From NCBI GenBank assembly GCA_041752695.1, contig JBGSVZ010000045.1, positions 1 to 10,677 on the forward strand: a DNA stretch of 10,677 nt, read 5' to 3'. Under the pieces are notes generated by a model. It was given only the letters and a program-made list of their open reading frames with translations, had not been told where the DNA came from and did no database searches. The translations under genes and the position numbers were made by a program. The DNA is from Terrimicrobiaceae bacterium (lineage in GTDB: Bacteria > Verrucomicrobiota > Verrucomicrobiia > Chthoniobacterales > Terrimicrobiaceae). How positions within the stretch are numbered: the stretch's first letter is position 1; every line of letters starts with the position of its first letter. Positions 6,247-10,677 of this stretch are shown here, piece after piece.

Positions 6247-6275
6247 AGACTGCCTGCAAGGCCCTGCGGTGTCAA
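6247..6275 (-). promoter_or_regulatory. Putative sigma70 promoter for the hypothetical-grrA-grrM operon
   Basis: Minus strand: perfect TTGACA (6275-6270), 17-bp spacer, CAGTCT (6252-6247), about 21 nt upstream of ATG 6225. Confidence 0.6.
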
Positions 6276-6326
6276 TTGCGGAGCGCGAATCCGACGAAAT
6301 AAATCCGCCGTGCTGGGCGGAGGGTT

Positions 6327-6378
6327 GGAGTTCACGCTTCAGCGTGTGCCTTTCCCGGCAGCCTAAGGGCTGGACTCC
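6327..6378. repeat. Inverted pair of GGAG-type REP-like palindromes (REPIN/BIME-like)
   Basis: Plus strand GGAGTT-CACGCT-TC-AGCGTG (6327-6346); minus strand GGAGTC-CAGCCC-TT-AGGCTG (6378-6359). Both have the tetranucleotide foot plus hairpin architecture. Confidence 0.65.
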
Positions 6379-6385
6379 GGCACGC

Positions 6386-7705
6386 CTATTTTGCTTTTCC
6401 CCGCATGCGGAGAAAGGTCGGCACGTCGAGGTCTTCCCCTTCGACGATGGTGGGCTCGCTTTTTTCGAAACGGCCGCGGGCGACCGACTCGAATTGCAGG
6501 GTTTCCTGTTTCACCTTGGCGGGAACAGGAGCAGGTTTCGGAGCAGGCTTTGGCTCACGGGGCTGGCGCGCCGCAACGGAGGGCATCTCGGGCTCCGGTT
6601 CGGGAAACAAGGGTTTGGGATCCTCATGCACCACGACTTGCGGCACGGCTTCGGAAACAGCCGGAACGTCCCTCTGCGGTTCGGGGCGGGGACGGGTGGC
6701 TGGCGCGGCCACGGGGACGGGCACGCGCGACTCGCCGTCCGTCGCAAAATTGCCAAGGATGGTCACGCCCACCGGATCGGCCGTGCCCGCCTGAGTGGCG
6801 ACGCCGAGGAACAGCCGGGCGTTCTCGCCAATATGTTTTCCGAGTTCCTGCATGATGGCGGACACTTCCGCAAAGGTTAGAGAGGACGGGCCAGAGATGT
6901 GGACGACCACGGAATGACTTTCGTCGAGTAGGCGGCCACGATCGAGCAGAGGACTCTTGAGGGCGCGGGCCAGAGCGTCATGGGCGCGATTGTCTCCAGT
7001 GCCTTCGCCCCGGCCGAAGGCCCCGGCGGCAGATCCTCCCCCCAAAGCGGAGAGCAAATCGGACAATCCGACCGGCATGGGGCCGCCGCCACGCAAAATA
7101 CCGACCAGCGAACTCACGCAGGCGGAGAGGAGGGCATCCGAGGCCGCAAAGGTTTCCCCGATACCCGATCGCGGAGAAGCCAGCTCGGACATCCGGTCGT
7201 TTTCGAAATGGACAATCACGTTGGCCAGGCGGGACAAAGCCGCCAGCGAGGACGCCGCCTGCGCACTGCGCCGCCGGCCTTCAAAAGAAAATGGCGAGGT
7301 GACGATGACCATCACAATGGCTCCGGCTTCGCGCGCGGCTTCCGCGACGAGAGGGGCAATGCCCGATCCCGTGCCGCCGCCGAGGCCGGCACAGAGAAAA
7401 ACCAGCCCCGCGCCGTCGACCGCGGCCCGGATTTCGTCCATCGATTCCTCCGCGGCCTGCGCGCCCACATCAGGATCCCCGCCGGACCCGAGCCCTCGGG
7501 TGGCTTTCTCGCCGAGGGCGACCTTGCGTTGGCAGATCGAAGACACCAACGACTGGCTGTCGGTGTTCATCGCGATCACCTCCACTCCAGCGAGGCCGGA
7601 CATCGCCACGCGGTCGGCCAGATGCACCCCGGCGTTGCCCAACCCAATAAGACGCACGGAAAGCTGGGGTGCTGCCGGGGAGCCTGATTTCGGGTAGGCG
7701 ATCAT
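6386..7705 (-). CDS. ftsZ: Cell division protein FtsZ (divergent)
   Basis: MNTDSQSL, GLGSGGDP, AGLGGGTGSG tubulin signature, PFSFEGRRR, SPLL, a Pro-rich linker and C-terminal DLDVPTFLR. Located downstream of ftsA. Confidence 0.95.
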   Translation of the reverse strand: MIAYPKSGSPAAPQLSVRLIGLGNAGVHLADRVAMSGLAGVEVIAMNTDSQSLVSSICQRKVALGEKATRGLGSGGDPDVGAQAAEESMDEIRAAVDGAGLVFLCAGLGGGTGSGIAPLVAEAAREAGAIVMVIVTSPFSFEGRRRSAQAASSLAALSRLANVIVHFENDRMSELASPRSGIGETFAASDALLSACVSSLVGILRGGGPMPVGLSDLLSALGGGSAAGAFGRGEGTGDNRAHDALARALKSPLLDRGRLLDESHSVVVHISGPSSLTFAEVSAIMQELGKHIGENARLFLGVATQAGTADPVGVTILGNFATDGESRVPVPVAAPATRPRPEPQRDVPAVSEAVPQVVVHEDPKPLFPEPEPEMPSVAARQPREPKPAPKPAPVPAKVKQETLQFESVARGRFEKSEPTIVEGEDLDVPTFLRMRGKAK

Positions 7706-7717
7706 AAGAAGTGTGGG

Positions 7718-8935
7718 TTATTTTCTGCGAAAAATGCCGCCGATTCTTTCGAGCATGGAGCCGAAAATTCCGGGTTCGTCCTCTTCGGCGCGGAGGGCCT
7801 GGGTGAATTTCACCAGACCGATGGCGGTCGAGTATTGGGGATTGTTGAGAATGGACTTGGGGCCCGAGACGCCCACCTCGCGGGCCAGGTGAACCGGCAT
7901 CTCAAAAATGGATTCGGCCACATCCTTGATGCCCCGCATCAGGCTCGTTCCGCCGGTCAGCATGACCCCGCCTCCCAACAGGTGCAGCGGCACTTCCTGC
8001 TCGATCTGGCGACGGATGAGTTCGAAATTTTCCCGCACGCGGGCGTGGATGATGGTGTTGAGCATTTCGCGCTCGACCTCCTTGCCCGAAAATCCGGCAT
8101 CGTTTTTCAGGACGATCATTTCCCCCGGAGGTGCGTCGCCCATCTTGGCGGACCCTTCCTCGGTCTTGAGTTTTTCCGCGCGGGTGAGCGGAATGCGCAG
8201 GCCGAGCGAGATGTCGTTGCTGATGTGGTCGCCCCCGACGGCCAGCACCCCGCTGTGATGCACGGCCCCATTTTCATAGACGATGTAGTCGGTCACCCCG
8301 CCGCCGATATCGATGACCACCGCGCCCAGATCCTTTTGATGCTGGTCGAGCACGGCCTGGGCGGAGGCCAGGGAATTCACCACCACCTCGTCGATCTCGA
8401 CCCCGGCTTCGCGGATGCTGCGCAAGGTGTTTTGCAGGCGCGTTTTCACGCCATGGACGATGTGAAAATCCGCCTCCAGCTTTCGCCCCACCATGCCGAG
8501 CGGGTTGAGCACACCATCCTGGCCGTCGACATAATAATGCTGGATGAGGGAGTGGAGGAAAAAGTTCTCCGGTGGGATGTTGACCTCGCGGGCCTTGACG
8601 GCGACTTCCTGCACATCTTCGTCGTCAATTTCAAACCGGTCCGCCGGAATCAGAATCGAGCCCCGGCTGTTGAAACTGCGCACATGGCTGCCGGTCACGG
8701 CCACCGACACGCTGCCGATCTCCGCGTCACTATTCGTCTCCGCGTCGGAAATGGCGTCATGCACACACTCGGTCGCAATGGCGAGGTCCACGATCTCGCC
8801 CTTGCGCACGCCGCGGGAAGGAGCGAGGCCCACCCCGAGAATGCGCAGCGTGCCTTCCCTACCGGACTCGCCGACGACGGCACAGACCTTCGAAGTGCCC
8901 ACCTCAACTCCCACGATGATATCCGATCGCGCCAT
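7718..8935 (-). CDS. ftsA: Cell division protein FtsA
   Basis: VGVEVGTSKV, SRGVRKGEIVD, NPLGMVG, VIDIGGGVTD, GGDHISNDI, AEKLK, LTGGTS, PQYSTAIGL and a C-terminal amphipathic helix. Confidence 0.97.
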   Translation of the reverse strand: MARSDIIVGVEVGTSKVCAVVGESGREGTLRILGVGLAPSRGVRKGEIVDLAIATECVHDAISDAETNSDAEIGSVSVAVTGSHVRSFNSRGSILIPADRFEIDDEDVQEVAVKAREVNIPPENFFLHSLIQHYYVDGQDGVLNPLGMVGRKLEADFHIVHGVKTRLQNTLRSIREAGVEIDEVVVNSLASAQAVLDQHQKDLGAVVIDIGGGVTDYIVYENGAVHHSGVLAVGGDHISNDISLGLRIPLTRAEKLKTEEGSAKMGDAPPGEMIVLKNDAGFSGKEVEREMLNTIIHARVRENFELIRRQIEQEVPLHLLGGGVMLTGGTSLMRGIKDVAESIFEMPVHLAREVGVSGPKSILNNPQYSTAIGLVKFTQALRAEEDEPGIFGSMLERIGGIFRRK

Positions 8936-9897
8936 CAGTTCCTCCGGGTTTTCTGCGGGGGTTTCACCGGCGTGCGCACCGGCACCTCTTCGACGACGGG
9001 CGGTGCCGCGGCCATGACAAATGTCACCGGCGTGTTGCGTTTGACCATCAGATTCACGGACTCCAGGGCGCGACCCGATTCACTACAATGAATGAGCAGC
9101 TTTTGCAGACGCGCGAGTTGTTCCTCAAAATCTGTGGCCGCAAAAATGATTCGCGAATTGGTGTCGTTAACCACATCAATCCGGTAGCCCTTGGAAACAT
9201 CCAATGTCCGGATTTTCAGCAGGCTTTCCGGATGCTGCTCAACCGTCTCGAGCAACTTAAGCGCCATCGACATCTCGTCGGTCTTCAGCGCTTCGCCGTC
9301 GCGGATATTGTCGCTTTTCAGACCGTAAATTATCGGAAGGTGAAAATCCTCCGGCGTGACGTGCCGCGCCCGCATGAGATAGCCGCTGGCATCAGCCAGC
9401 AGGGATTTTTCCGCGCTCGCAGGATCGCCGGACTCACCATCCACGGAAACCCAGGCGACGGGTTTGCGCGCGGAGAGGGTGACCTGGATGTGGTCCGGCA
9501 GTTCGCGCACCACCCGGGCGCTCTCGACCTGCGGAATGGCTTTCAGCGCGGCCTCGACCTTGGCGAGATCCACGGAAAAAATATTGATGCCCTCGCGCAG
9601 TCCGGATTCGGCGAGAGCTTCCTCGCGGGTGAGGAGATCGTCGAGATTCAGCGTGATCCGCTTCACCGTATAGTCGGCGTTCTGAAAAAAGAACCGGTCG
9701 AGGGCAAAGCGGATGCCAAACACCGAAGAACCGACGACGAAGGCCAGCAGGAAAAGGTTCCACATCCAGCGGCCGAATTTTTCCTGATTACGGCGGCGCG
9801 CAGTGGAGGTGCGGATGCGCACATCGAGCAGATGATCGCGCGGCGCCGCGGCGCGGGAACGGCGATTGACTTTTCGAACTGTGGGACGGTCGGCCAT
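8935..9897 (-). CDS. ftsQ: Cell division protein FtsQ/DivIB (POTRA domain)
   Basis: Basic N-terminus, one TM segment (WNLFLLAFVVGSSVFGI) and a POTRA motif (NIFSVDL...IPQVESARVVRELPD.I.V...RKPVAW). Start ATG 9897 overlaps the ddl stop (TAATG) and its stop overlaps the ftsA start (TGATG); 320 aa. Confidence 0.92.
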   Translation of the reverse strand: MADRPTVRKVNRRSRAAAPRDHLLDVRIRTSTARRRNQEKFGRWMWNLFLLAFVVGSSVFGIRFALDRFFFQNADYTVKRITLNLDDLLTREEALAESGLREGINIFSVDLAKVEAALKAIPQVESARVVRELPDHIQVTLSARKPVAWVSVDGESGDPASAEKSLLADASGYLMRARHVTPEDFHLPIIYGLKSDNIRDGEALKTDEMSMALKLLETVEQHPESLLKIRTLDVSKGYRIDVVNDTNSRIIFAATDFEEQLARLQKLLIHCSESGRALESVNLMVKRNTPVTFVMAAAPPVVEEVPVRTPVKPPQKTRRN

Positions 9898-10676
9898 TAG
9901 TGGATAAATCTTTGCAAAGAGAGCGCGGCGATTTTTTCGCACAGCGCCGGAAAATCAAGCCCGACGACCGCGGCCGCTTTCGGCAGCAGGCTGGTCTCGG
10001 TCATGCCGGGAATGGTATTAATCTCCAGCACGGCCAGACGCCCGTCGGCCCCGAGGAGAATATCGGTGCGGGAGTAAACCTCCAGCCCCAACGACCGCTT
10101 GGCGGCGAGGGCGGCCTGCTGCACGCTTGCGGTCATCTCCGTACTCAGTTCCGCCGGACAATAATACTCCGAGGCGCCCTTGGTGTATTTGTGCGCGTAG
10201 TCGTAGAAACCTTCATGCGGCACGATCTCCACAATGGGCAGGGCCTCGTCGCCGAGGATGCCAATGGTCAGTTCGCGGCCCCGCACAAATTCTTCCACCA
10301 GAACCTCGTCGCCAAACCGGAAACAATCCTCCAGCGCGGCGTCCAGTTCTGCGGCGTTCTGGACGATATGCACCCCGACACTGGAGCCCTGCTTCGGGGC
10401 TTTCACCACGTAGGGTGGCGCAAAATGAGGGCGCTCTCCGCGACGGACAATGTGCCACTTCGCGGTGGGAACACCGGCCGCGTCGAATTTTTCCTTGCTG
10501 AGAATTTTATCGAAGGCGAGCCGGCTCTGCGCCACGCCCTCGCCGGTGTAGGCCACGCAGCGGGACTCGAGGATCGCCTGGATCTGTCCATCTTCCCCAA
10601 ACGTCCCATGGATCATGTTGTAGGCCAGTTCGGTATCCGACGGCAGGGCAAAATCCGGCCCGGAGACATCAACGTC
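9897..10676 (-). CDS. ddl: D-alanine--D-alanine ligase, 5'-truncated by the window edge
   Basis: HGTFGEDGQIQ, FDKILSK, QGSSVGV, GRELT, FYDYAHKY (omega-loop KY, D-Ala-D-Ala type) and LEINTIPGMTETSLLP. The frame stays open to the window end. Confidence 0.96.
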   Translation of the reverse strand, partial: DVDVSGPDFALPSDTELAYNMIHGTFGEDGQIQAILESRCVAYTGEGVAQSRLAFDKILSKEKFDAAGVPTAKWHIVRRGERPHFAPPYVVKAPKQGSSVGVHIVQNAAELDAALEDCFRFGDEVLVEEFVRGRELTIGILGDEALPIVEIVPHEGFYDYAHKYTKGASEYYCPAELSTEMTASVQQAALAAKRSLGLEVYSRTDILLGADGRLAVLEINTIPGMTETSLLPKAAAVVGLDFPALCEKIAALSLQRFIH

Positions 10677-10677
10677 C

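Noticed and set aside
7835..9900. Long plus-strand ORFs (418 aa, 270 aa) and similar ones opposite rsmE, rfbD, rfbB and ftsZ
   Set aside because: Antisense shadows of well-supported genes, explained by GC-rich codon bias.
10183..10212. Ddl as a vancomycin-resistance D-Ala-D-Lac ligase
   Set aside because: The omega loop FYDYAHKY keeps the Lys-Tyr of D-Ala-D-Ala ligases, and the gene sits in the normal dcw context.

Overview
GC-rich bacterial chromosomal window, probably Verrucomicrobiota; this is inferred from the divergent FtsZ with a GRFEKSEPTIVEGEDLDVPTFLR tail and from SD-poor leaders. From left to right: (1) the probable right end of a lower-GC genomic island, with a 5'-truncated GT4 glycosyltransferase, a 51-aa small ORF, short direct repeats and an isolated tRNA-Pro 3' fragment (att-like) at 810-833; (2) rfbB-rfbD-rsmE on the minus strand, divergent from a YkgJ-type Cys-cluster gene; (3) an intergenic stretch with a perfect parS-like palindrome and a candidate ~47-nt sRNA (promoter, hairpin, terminator); (4) the most notable element, a compact three-gene RiPP (triceptide/GRR-type) operon with its own predicted promoter, encoding a secreted hypothetical protein, a signal-peptide-bearing precursor with nine W-x-N motifs and a GrrM/OscB-like radical SAM/SPASM maturase, with no transporter or protease; (5) the 3' end of the dcw cluster (ddl-ftsQ-ftsA-ftsZ), followed by an inverted REP pair. 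All calls come from reading the sequence; no searches were run.
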